Made by a program: the position numbers and the translations under genes. Below the pieces are notes generated by a model. The model did not search any database, was not told the DNA's origin, and saw nothing but the letters and a program-made list of their open reading frames with translations. 21,771 bases of DNA from a bacterium (lineage in GTDB: Bacteria > JAMCPX01), in NCBI GenBank assembly GCA_037439545.1, contig JBBIVV010000007.1, forward strand, positions 4,388-26,158, written 5' to 3'. Below are positions 8,547-16,576 of the stretch, in pieces (positions within the stretch are counted from its first letter, which is position 1; each line of letters starts with the position of its first letter).

Positions 8547-9455
8547 ATGGGTATAATCGAACGGATATCATATTTCATAGCAACGACCTTCAAAGGCATG
8601 AAAACAAACCTATACTTGAATATCGTAACGATTATAACCATAGCCGTGGCATTTTTAATCCTCAATATCTTCTTTGTAATATACAGAAATGTGAACTCGG
8701 TAATCGGAGACTGGAAAGGCAAGATAAAAATCATTGCATATCTGAAAGACGGATTATCCGAACAACAGATCACCGCGATTGAAAACCAGATTAAAAACAA
8801 TGAGGACATTAAAGGCGTACATTACAACTCGAAGCAGGATGCTCTCAACGAGTTCAAAAAAGAATTAAAGGGGCAATCTGCAATACTCAATGGCGTAACT
8901 CAGGATGTGCTGCCCGCGTATCTTGTCATCAATGTCAAAGACACGGTGATAACCAACAGAGCGTTGGGAAAACTGGCTGTCCTGTTAAAAGACATTCAGG
9001 GTATAGCCGATGTACAGTATGGACAGGGCGTTGCAGAGAGGATCTCCGAGCTGCTGATTATCGTAAAAATGCTCGGCATCGGTATCGGCGGGTTTATGCT
9101 CTTTGCAATATTGATCATCGTCTCAAACACCATCAGGATGTCGATCTTTTCGAGAAAAGATGAAATAGAAATAATGAAGCTTGTCGGTGCAACGAACACA
9201 TTTATAGAAGTCCCCTTCGTACTCGAGGGCATGGTTCAGGTCATATGCGGAACAGGACTTTCCCTGGTCATGCTTTACCTGGTTTATAAATTTTTTATCT
9301 ACAGACTGCACCAGATGCTCGGTTCATTGTTTGTAAATATCAGTGTTTCCTTCCTCTCCAACGAAACGATTGTTCTCATACTTGCAGGCAGTGCTGCGCT
9401 TGGATTTGCCGGAGCAATTGTATCAGCAGGAAAATTTATAAGACATAATTATTAG
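8547..9455 (+). CDS. ftsX: Cell division permease FtsX
   Basis: One N-terminal TM, a large extracytoplasmic loop, NTIRMSIFSRKDEIEIMKLVGAT..FIEVPFVLEG, three further TMs. Confidence 0.93.
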   Translation: MGIIERISYFIATTFKGMKTNLYLNIVTIITIAVAFLILNIFFVIYRNVNSVIGDWKGKIKIIAYLKDGLSEQQITAIENQIKNNEDIKGVHYNSKQDALNEFKKELKGQSAILNGVTQDVLPAYLVINVKDTVITNRALGKLAVLLKDIQGIADVQYGQGVAERISELLIIVKMLGIGIGGFMLFAILIIVSNTIRMSIFSRKDEIEIMKLVGATNTFIEVPFVLEGMVQVICGTGLSLVMLYLVYKFFIYRLHQMLGSLFVNISVSFLSNETIVLILAGSAALGFAGAIVSAGKFIRHNY

Positions 9456-9469
9456 ATACAGGAGGTTTT

Positions 9470-10534
9470 ATGGCTGCACCAAAGTGGCTCATTTACGGTG
9501 CTTATGGCTATAGCGGGATATTAATCGCTGAAGAGGCACTACAGACAGGGCAAAAACCCATTCTCGCAGGACGTTCTGAGGAAAAGCTTGCAAAAATGGC
9601 AGGGCGCATGGGTTTGGATTTCGTCGTCGTTGATCTGAACGATACGGATTCACTGAAAAAATCCCTGTCGGGCATCGACTTAGTATTGAATGCAGCAGGA
9701 CCCTTTATATATACGAGCGAGCCAATCATAAAGGCATGTCTTGAATACGGCGTCAATTATGTAGATATCACCGGTGAGATCCCTGTTTTCCAGAATACCT
9801 TTTCCCATGATCACGAAGCCAAGCAAAAGGGAATTCTTCTTATGTCGGGCATAGGATTCGATGTCATTCCTACCGATTGTCTGGCGCGGTATGTTTCCGA
9901 TCACGTTCATGGAGCAGTGGAATTGGAACTCGCATTTACAGGGCTTGAACATATAAGTCCGGGGACAATGAAAACGATGGTCGAGATGATTCCGGGCGGG
10001 GGATTAGTACGCAGGAACGGCAAGCTTATCGGTTATCCTCTTGGAAAAGGTGCAAAAAGGATTCCATTTCCCGACAAACAACACACCGTTATTCCCATTA
10101 TTTGGGGAGATTTGGAAACAGCATATCGCTCAACAGGTATCCCGGATATAACGACCTATATGGCTTATCCTGATCTTATGATTCCATTTTTACCCGTAGG
10201 TATATCCATTATCCGGAAGTTATTCGCACGTAAGCCTATCCGTAACTTTGCGCAAAAAATGATTGGAATGTCCGTCAAAGGACCGGATAAAAATGCACGG
10301 GAAAGGGGCAGAGCTTTTGTATGGGCAAGGGCGGCGGATGCTCAGGGCAATGAAAAACAGGCATGGCTTGATTTACCGGAAACATATAAATTTACCGCTC
10401 TTTCCTGTTTAAAAACCATTGAAAAGGTCTTCAGCCTCGGTCCAAAGGGCGCACTCACGCCTGCTATGGCATTCGGGCCTGATTTTGTACTGGAGATAGA
10501 AGGAACAAAACGCTACGACAAATTACCCGTTTAA
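9470..10534 (+). CDS. Saccharopine dehydrogenase-like (trans-acting enoyl-reductase-family) NAD(P)-binding oxidoreductase
   Basis: IYGAYGYSG, LAGRS, VLNAAGPF, YVDITGE, GFDVIPTD, GALTPAMAFG; AGGAGG RBS. Confidence 0.85.
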   Translation: MAAPKWLIYGAYGYSGILIAEEALQTGQKPILAGRSEEKLAKMAGRMGLDFVVVDLNDTDSLKKSLSGIDLVLNAAGPFIYTSEPIIKACLEYGVNYVDITGEIPVFQNTFSHDHEAKQKGILLMSGIGFDVIPTDCLARYVSDHVHGAVELELAFTGLEHISPGTMKTMVEMIPGGGLVRRNGKLIGYPLGKGAKRIPFPDKQHTVIPIIWGDLETAYRSTGIPDITTYMAYPDLMIPFLPVGISIIRKLFARKPIRNFAQKMIGMSVKGPDKNARERGRAFVWARAADAQGNEKQAWLDLPETYKFTALSCLKTIEKVFSLGPKGALTPAMAFGPDFVLEIEGTKRYDKLPV

Positions 10535-10547
10535 ACCGGGAAACGCA

Positions 10548-10790
10548 TTTAACCCAAAAAATGCATTTATAAACAGGGGAGTTTGTGCAATGAGCGAGGG
10601 GTACCCACCCGATAGGGAAGGGTCGCTATCAAATTACAAAAATCAGGAGCTTGCTTTTCCTTCTTGGTCATTTGCATTTAAGATTTTGGGCTTGTTTAAA
10701 ATTTAAATATTAGAATTTAGAATTTAAAAAATGATGGATCACAGGATCGAGCGAATGAGCAAACTTCCCTATTGCATTTATTTGGTTAAA
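10548..10790. mobile_element. Possible MITE-like non-autonomous element with imperfect terminal inverted repeats
   Basis: Left end TTTAACCCAAAAAATGCA..ACAGGGGAGTTTG versus reverse complement of right end TTTAACCAAATAAATGCA-ATAGGGAAGTTTG: 16/18 plus 11/13 with a 7-nt indel. No internal ORF. Confidence 0.4.
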
Positions 10791-12024
10791 CCTTCTCAAA
10801 GATATTGATACACATAGCTGCCTCCTCAACACCGATAAATCCGCCGCCGTTTTCCGTTAAAGCAATCTTCGCACCTTCTACCTGCCTCTTTCCCGCCTCT
10901 CCCCTGAGTTGTACGATCTCTTCATATATCTGTGCAAGTCCGGAAGCGCCTACAGGATGCCCTCTCGACTCAAGACCGCCGGAGGTATTCAGCGGAATCT
11001 TACCGCCAAGCTTCGTTGCATTTGATTCCGCAAATATTCCCCCATCGCCTAAGGGACAGAATCCCATGGCTTCAGCCTGGTGCAGCTCGCCATAAGCCGT
11101 GGCATCATGAAGCTCTGCCGTATCAATGTCCTCAGGACCAATTCCTGCCGATTCATATGCCTCTTTTGATAATCGCATACCTATGTCGGGTGCATCTATG
11201 TCCCTGTCTGTACCGGAAGCCAATACGGATGCCCTGATCCTGACCGGTCTTGCGTCGTTCAATTTCTTAAGAAAAACATCGGAGCACAGGATTGCCGCAG
11301 CTGCGCCATCTCCGACAGGCGCACACATGGGACGCGTTAATGGATAAGAGACAAGTTTCTCGTGCAGCACTTCATCCACGGTCATGGATTTCTGGTACTG
11401 TGCAAGGGGATTCATGGACGCGTGCCAATGGTTCTTAGCAGCTATGACCGCGAGTTGTTTTTGCGTGGAACCGAATCTTTTCATATGCCATTTGGCACCC
11501 ATGGCATATGCATCCATAAAGATGCTTCTCTCGTCGCCTCCGGCAATTTGATCCTGAGGTATTACGGAGTTGAACTCATTACTGTACTTTATGAACCTGT
11601 TGATATTGTTTTCCGCATCTTCGACATCCATTGAAGTGGCATAAGCCTGTAATGAGAGCAATTTGTCGGGATTGGATATCTTCTCGGAACCAACTGCGAG
11701 GACCACGTCATACATCCCTGCCTTTATACCCATGAACCCGAGATGAAGTGCCGTTGAAGCACCTGCACATGCATTTTCAACGTTTGTTACGGGAATGCCC
11801 TGAATACCCATCCCCCGGAGAATAACCTGTCCTTTTATGGAATGCTGGTTGGAAAACATGCCCCAGTAAGAGTTCGATACAAAAGCCGCCTGCACATGAT
11901 TCTTCTCAAGCCCTGCATCCTTCAGAGCGAGCCCTATAGCTTCATGTGCCATGCTCTTTACAGTCATGTCAGGGTATTTGCCGAATCTTATCATTCCGGT
12001 TCCAATCACATAAACATTGTCCAT
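10786..12024 (-). CDS. Thiolase, SCP2-thiolase (lipid-transfer-protein) type
   Basis: ENACAGAS (catalytic Cys), ELHDAT (HDxx loop), SGGLESRGHPVGASG, ENGGG. Start reassigned to ATG 12024 (MDNVYVIG; AGGAG at 12035-12031). Confidence 0.9.
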   Translation of the reverse strand: MDNVYVIGTGMIRFGKYPDMTVKSMAHEAIGLALKDAGLEKNHVQAAFVSNSYWGMFSNQHSIKGQVILRGMGIQGIPVTNVENACAGASTALHLGFMGIKAGMYDVVLAVGSEKISNPDKLLSLQAYATSMDVEDAENNINRFIKYSNEFNSVIPQDQIAGGDERSIFMDAYAMGAKWHMKRFGSTQKQLAVIAAKNHWHASMNPLAQYQKSMTVDEVLHEKLVSYPLTRPMCAPVGDGAAAAILCSDVFLKKLNDARPVRIRASVLASGTDRDIDAPDIGMRLSKEAYESAGIGPEDIDTAELHDATAYGELHQAEAMGFCPLGDGGIFAESNATKLGGKIPLNTSGGLESRGHPVGASGLAQIYEEIVQLRGEAGKRQVEGAKIALTENGGGFIGVEEAAMCINIFEKV

Positions 12025-12044
12025 TTCATACTCCTTTAAACTCT

Positions 12045-13046
12045 TTATCCCTTGAACCATCTTACCGGGACGGTTTCCCTCGATACGGCATGATCGGTCT
12101 TTACCTTTGCATATCCTACTGCAATCGTGGTCACGACCTTCCAAGGATACTTTATCCCAAGCCTTTTCCTCAGGCCCGGGAGGTAACCAAAAGCAGTAGC
12201 CGCATATCCGTTGTAACATGTGCCGAGTCCGATGGCATGCCCTGCAAGCACTATATTTTGCGCACATATTCCTGCATCAAGGTTCGGATCACTGATGCCC
12301 CTCTGATCCATGAGGATTAAAAGGAGCGCCGGTGCGCCGTAAAACAGGTTACCGTCTCTCCTGTCGGACTTGTCCAGGGGAAAGAATGGCCTCTGGTCCA
12401 TCTGTTTTATCATAAAAAAGCTCATGAGCGTTCCCACTATCTTTTTTATGAAATTCGGATTCAGATAGAGGTTTTTGAACCACCTCAGTACCTGCATAGA
12501 CCGGACCTCGATCTCCCGTATGAGCTTCTTGTCCGTTATGGCGATAAACGTAAAGGGCATGTTATTACCCGCGGTAGGCGCATACCTGCCTGCCTCCATT
12601 ATTCTATGGAGCAGTTCATCGGGTACCGGCGTATCCTTAAAAATTCTATTGGAACGTCTTCTGTAGATAACCCTTTCCACCTCGGTAAGCTCCTTTTCAA
12701 TCTCGTTATAAGGCAGCTGCGTGTTCCGAAAAGGCATGGGCGGTCTCAGTGCCGATTCCTTGACAGTTTTGTATCTCCCGTCAAGGACCTTGTACCCGCC
12801 CGACATGGCAATGGAATGCGTTGGACATACGGCAATACAATTGTAGCAGTTTATGCACGCATTATCAAAGCCGCCGACACCGGATAGGTACGGTTTCCCT
12901 GTTTTTGAATCCCACTGAATGGTACCTGTGGGGCAAGTTTCAAAACAGAATCTGCATTTGCTGCCGGTGCACTTATCATTATCATTGACCCATGCCGGCC
13001 ATTGCGTATCGGGTGCATAAGCATGTCTGTATCGCTCAAAAAACAT
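12045..13046 (-). CDS. Nitroreductase-family flavoprotein with N-terminal 2x[4Fe-4S] ferredoxin domain
   Basis: CTGSKCRFCFETCP and CINCYNCIAVCP; RRRSNRIF, AGRYAPTAGN, QNIVLAGHAIGLGTC, IAVGY. Confidence 0.9.
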   Translation of the reverse strand: MFFERYRHAYAPDTQWPAWVNDNDKCTGSKCRFCFETCPTGTIQWDSKTGKPYLSGVGGFDNACINCYNCIAVCPTHSIAMSGGYKVLDGRYKTVKESALRPPMPFRNTQLPYNEIEKELTEVERVIYRRRSNRIFKDTPVPDELLHRIMEAGRYAPTAGNNMPFTFIAITDKKLIREIEVRSMQVLRWFKNLYLNPNFIKKIVGTLMSFFMIKQMDQRPFFPLDKSDRRDGNLFYGAPALLLILMDQRGISDPNLDAGICAQNIVLAGHAIGLGTCYNGYAATAFGYLPGLRKRLGIKYPWKVVTTIAVGYAKVKTDHAVSRETVPVRWFKG

Positions 13047-13063
13047 ACATTCTCCCTCTCTTG

Positions 13064-13104
13064 AGCGGGACGTTCGTCCGGCCCAGCTTAGCCGGGTTCC
13101 CGCT
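13064..13104. other. Intercistronic GC-rich stem-loop
   Basis: AGCGGGA (13064-70) pairs with TCCCGCT (13098-104); CCGGC (13078-82) pairs with GCCGG (13091-95). No U-tract on the minus strand. Confidence 0.5.
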
Positions 13105-13136
13105 GTTTATAGCGTGGTCCATCACTATGCCTGCTC

Positions 13137-14747
13137 TTACAAATTATGTATCTTATATGTATTACCGGCAGATGGATTGAATCCTTTTCTCAAAACCATG
13201 TCCAGCGGCTTTTCTGATACTGTCTTGGGGATCTCGTCAACTATCTGTATGTATGAAGGTATATTGTTCGGCGGCAGTTCTTTTTTGCACTTTTCGAATA
13301 TACATTCCGGACGCACGATTCTGCCTTCAAAGGGAATGACCGCAGCAACCAAATCGCTTTCACCCGGCGCACCTGACGACGACGGTATGCCATACACGCA
13401 TACCTCCGATACCTCGGGGAGTTCACCGATGACCCTTTCAATTAAATCAGGCTGGATAAACTCACCCTGCCTCCTTAATCCCCCGCCTTTGCGGTAATCA
13501 AAAAAGAAATATCCCTGCTCATCCGTATGCCCCATGTCTCCTGTCCTTAACCAACCGCCTCTCGTTTTTTCCTCGGAAGCCTTTTTATTTTTATAGTAGG
13601 TGACCTCGGCTTTCTCTCCGGCCATCTTCCATACAATCTCACCCGTAACAGGGGGCGTGCACTCCCGATCCTTATCATCGAACACCTTCATTTCCATGAT
13701 ACCGGGTAAGGGCTTGCCAAAAGAACCGATAGGACCGTCACCCGGCAGTTTGTGCGCAAATCCGCCTTCGACAGCACCGTACCATTCGTGGATCAAGACA
13801 TTAAATCTTTTTTCAAAAGCCTGCCAGATCGATCGTGGAGTGCCTGCACTTATGACGACTTTCACAGGGTTATCCGCATCATTGGGTCTCGGCACTTCAT
13901 TATAAATACCCGACATCATACCGCCGAGCAGTGAAAATGTGGTAACACCGTATTTCCTGCAAATGTCCCATATCCTGCTTTTTGTAAATTGCGGACTGAT
14001 AACCGCTTTTATACCAAGCGCTATGGCAGGGAGCATGGTGACTGCCTGTGCATTGCCGTGCGTAAAGGAAAGTCCGGTATATAATATATCGTCCCGGGTA
14101 TAGCTCCAAACCAACTGGGCGAGCAGCGAGTAAGACCCGAAACGTTCTTGCTTTATTACCACTCCCTTCGGTTCACCCGTGGTCCCGGATGTGAAGATGA
14201 TCTCAATCGGCTGGTTTATATTATTTGCAACAGGCTCTATCATTGGAGGACTGCGTTTATCAAGAACATCATTCAGGTAAGCAAGCGGCACATCCTTATC
14301 ACTCCTGAACCATGGCTTTCTCAAAAGATAAATATGTTTTAGATCCGGTAAATCCTGCCTGACATCCATGAGATTGCACAGTAAATCCTCTGTAAGGAAA
14401 ACAGCTTTCGATTCAGAGAACCCAAGCATGTATTTCAATCTGTCGCCTTTCGAACGCGGGTCTATCGGCACCGCTATGGCACCGGTCGAAGAAGCTGCGG
14501 CAAGAAGGTAAACGAATTCCGGGTAATTTCTCATTATTATTGCGAATGAATCACCGGCTCTCAGGTTAAGCCGTTTAAATTCACCGGCAATCTTCATACT
14601 ATTTTCCAGGAGATCATTGTAGGTGACCGTTTCATCACCATGCTCACCGTACTCATAGATAAAAATCTCTTTCCCGGGTTCCTCTTCATTCCTCACTATC
14701 AGAATATCCGACAGAAGATTCATGTTGTATTCTCTGCTCAAAGCCAT
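13137..14747 (-). CDS. Acyl-CoA synthetase / AMP-binding enzyme (CaiC-like)
   Basis: IIFTSGTTGEPKGV, EWYGAVEG, WLRTGDMG, IPKTVSEK. Start could instead be the MN-M a few codons downstream. Confidence 0.92.
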   Translation of the reverse strand: MALSREYNMNLLSDILIVRNEEEPGKEIFIYEYGEHGDETVTYNDLLENSMKIAGEFKRLNLRAGDSFAIIMRNYPEFVYLLAAASSTGAIAVPIDPRSKGDRLKYMLGFSESKAVFLTEDLLCNLMDVRQDLPDLKHIYLLRKPWFRSDKDVPLAYLNDVLDKRSPPMIEPVANNINQPIEIIFTSGTTGEPKGVVIKQERFGSYSLLAQLVWSYTRDDILYTGLSFTHGNAQAVTMLPAIALGIKAVISPQFTKSRIWDICRKYGVTTFSLLGGMMSGIYNEVPRPNDADNPVKVVISAGTPRSIWQAFEKRFNVLIHEWYGAVEGGFAHKLPGDGPIGSFGKPLPGIMEMKVFDDKDRECTPPVTGEIVWKMAGEKAEVTYYKNKKASEEKTRGGWLRTGDMGHTDEQGYFFFDYRKGGGLRRQGEFIQPDLIERVIGELPEVSEVCVYGIPSSSGAPGESDLVAAVIPFEGRIVRPECIFEKCKKELPPNNIPSYIQIVDEIPKTVSEKPLDMVLRKGFNPSAGNTYKIHNL

Positions 14748-14757
14748 GCGATACTAC

Positions 14758-15996
14758 CTATTCTCCATCTGACTTTGCTATCAGTTCTCCTGCAAAAATT
14801 GCAAGCGAGTCATTGGACCCGTCTTCTATAAGCGACGCCCGTGCGTCCCTGAGCAATTTTTCTATATAATAATCCTTGGCCACACCATAACCGCCAAATA
14901 TCATGGATGCCTCATGGGCAACCTGAAATGCCGCTTCAGTACAGAATATCTTCGATGTTATCGAATACTTCGTGTCCGGAGGTGAATTGGTCAGGTTATA
15001 GACCAGTACACTGCGTGACAATGCCCTTGCTGCCTCGACCAATTTGAACATATGCAAAAGCTTATGTTTTATAAACCCATGTTCTATTAGTAGCTTGCCG
15101 CCCTGGACCCTTTGTTTTGCATAATTCAAAGCCTCCTCGTACGCAGCCTGTGCTACACCGGTAAGGAATGCACCCATGGATCCGTTGGCTGTTGCAAGCG
15201 TTATGTCCGTCATTGCCTCGTACGCTTCGGGATCTATGATCATATTGTCCCTGGGCACCCTCACATTATCAAAAATAATCTCACCTTGATTCAGTGCCCT
15301 TTGCCCCATCTTATTCAGCGGCTTACCTTTGCTGACGCCCGGAAGGTTCGTAGGCACGATGCATATGCCGCCGCCAGCCATACCCCTGGACGGTTCGATG
15401 TTTAAAAATACCGTGGCATGGGTTGCTATGGTACCGCATGAAACCCATGCAGATGTAGTACCGTTAACTATCCATTCATTGCCGTCCTCGCGCGCGTTTA
15501 TTTCTCCCTTTATCTTCGGATCCCTGAATTGGTCGGTTCCCGCAGCGAGTGTATCGGAGCCATAATTGGGTTGTGTAATCGCCCAGCACCCTATGAACTC
15601 AGCTTTTTTATCTTTCGTGTACGGATAGACGAAATTATCGAGCAGATAATCCGTCGGCGCAAGCATGGACAGGAAAGCTGGGAATGTAGCAACGCCGAGC
15701 GCTATGGCAAAATCAATACTGCCCCAGCCGAGTTCCTCTTCGACAATATGCACGCCGAGCGGCGATAATCCAAGCCCTCCGTAGGACTCCGGAAGCAGGA
15801 ATGTGTGCAGGCCCATGTCATAAGCCTGCCTAAAGACATCCCAAAACAGTGAACCTTTTTTTATAACGTCCTCGGGCGACAACTTATCGAGTTTGATACT
15901 CGCAGGTCTGAGGACTTCCAGTGCAAACTGATGGACACTGTTCTTTATCGCTATCTCGTCATCCGTCAGGTTTAAATTAAGATCCTTGTAAGACAT
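14758..15996 (-). CDS. Acyl-CoA dehydrogenase family protein with atypical motifs
   Basis: LPESYGGLG, EELGWG, WAITQPNYGSD, KMGQRA...FDNVRVP, YAKQRVQGG, FGGYG...IEKLLRDAR, LIEDGSN; AGGAGG RBS. Confidence 0.92.
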   Translation of the reverse strand: MSYKDLNLNLTDDEIAIKNSVHQFALEVLRPASIKLDKLSPEDVIKKGSLFWDVFRQAYDMGLHTFLLPESYGGLGLSPLGVHIVEEELGWGSIDFAIALGVATFPAFLSMLAPTDYLLDNFVYPYTKDKKAEFIGCWAITQPNYGSDTLAAGTDQFRDPKIKGEINAREDGNEWIVNGTTSAWVSCGTIATHATVFLNIEPSRGMAGGGICIVPTNLPGVSKGKPLNKMGQRALNQGEIIFDNVRVPRDNMIIDPEAYEAMTDITLATANGSMGAFLTGVAQAAYEEALNYAKQRVQGGKLLIEHGFIKHKLLHMFKLVEAARALSRSVLVYNLTNSPPDTKYSITSKIFCTEAAFQVAHEASMIFGGYGVAKDYYIEKLLRDARASLIEDGSNDSLAIFAGELIAKSDGE

Positions 15997-16032
15997 ATCT
16001 GTCCTCCTTTATTCACAGACTGATTTTTCACG

Positions 16033-16069
16033 ATATCCGCCGAAAAAGCATGGTTCCGAAGGCGGATAT
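16033..16069. other. Intercistronic inverted repeat
   Basis: ATATCCGCC (16033-41) and GGCGGATAT (16061-69) are perfect 9-bp arms around a 19-nt loop. Confidence 0.5.
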
Positions 16070-16070
16070 A

Positions 16071-16553
16071 TCATACCTCTATGCCTTTTATCTTACAGTA
16101 CTTCGGATAAAGCTCGAATATCGGATTAACGAGCGGGATGAGTCCAAGGACCTTTGTGACAGAGCCTTTTGTCCTGATCTTCCGTGTTGCGAGTGCAACG
16201 GGTATGCTTAATTGTTTCAGCCAGAATTTATGGGCATTATCGCTCGAAAGTATCATCTCGACATCAGGCTTCCCGTCATAGTTCCCAAGCACAGCTCTTG
16301 GATTTTCGTTACCGTGAATTACCCATATGGTTCCTTCAGGCTCCGATAACGTAAATTTAATGGTAATACCTGAATCATAAAATTTTTTTGCTGCGGTGCT
16401 GCGGACATCCTGAAATTTCTTAACATCCTCCGGACCTAATCCCGCTGCAGTGAGAAAGCTTACGAATTTTTCGTTCTCTTCTTCATTGAAAAGAATCTTC
16501 CAGAGGGCACCGAGTACATCGTACATGTGGTTTGTGTCTTTAAACACCGGCAT
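16071..16553 (-). CDS. SCP2 sterol/lipid-binding domain protein
   Basis: PDVEMILSSDNAHKFW...ALATRKIRTKGSVTKVL resembles the SCP2 C-terminal pattern (pD.....s.d......l.....A....k....G); AGGAGG RBS; lipid-catabolic context. Confidence 0.75.
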   Translation of the reverse strand: MPVFKDTNHMYDVLGALWKILFNEEENEKFVSFLTAAGLGPEDVKKFQDVRSTAAKKFYDSGITIKFTLSEPEGTIWVIHGNENPRAVLGNYDGKPDVEMILSSDNAHKFWLKQLSIPVALATRKIRTKGSVTKVLGLIPLVNPIFELYPKYCKIKGIEV

Positions 16554-16576
16554 ATCTTACCTCCTTAGATATTTGA

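Noticed and set aside
12025..12267. 81-aa N-terminal extension of the thiolase ORF (493-aa call)
   Set aside because: Overlaps the nitroreductase 3' end in another frame; a good RBS precedes ATG 12024, where thiolase homology begins.
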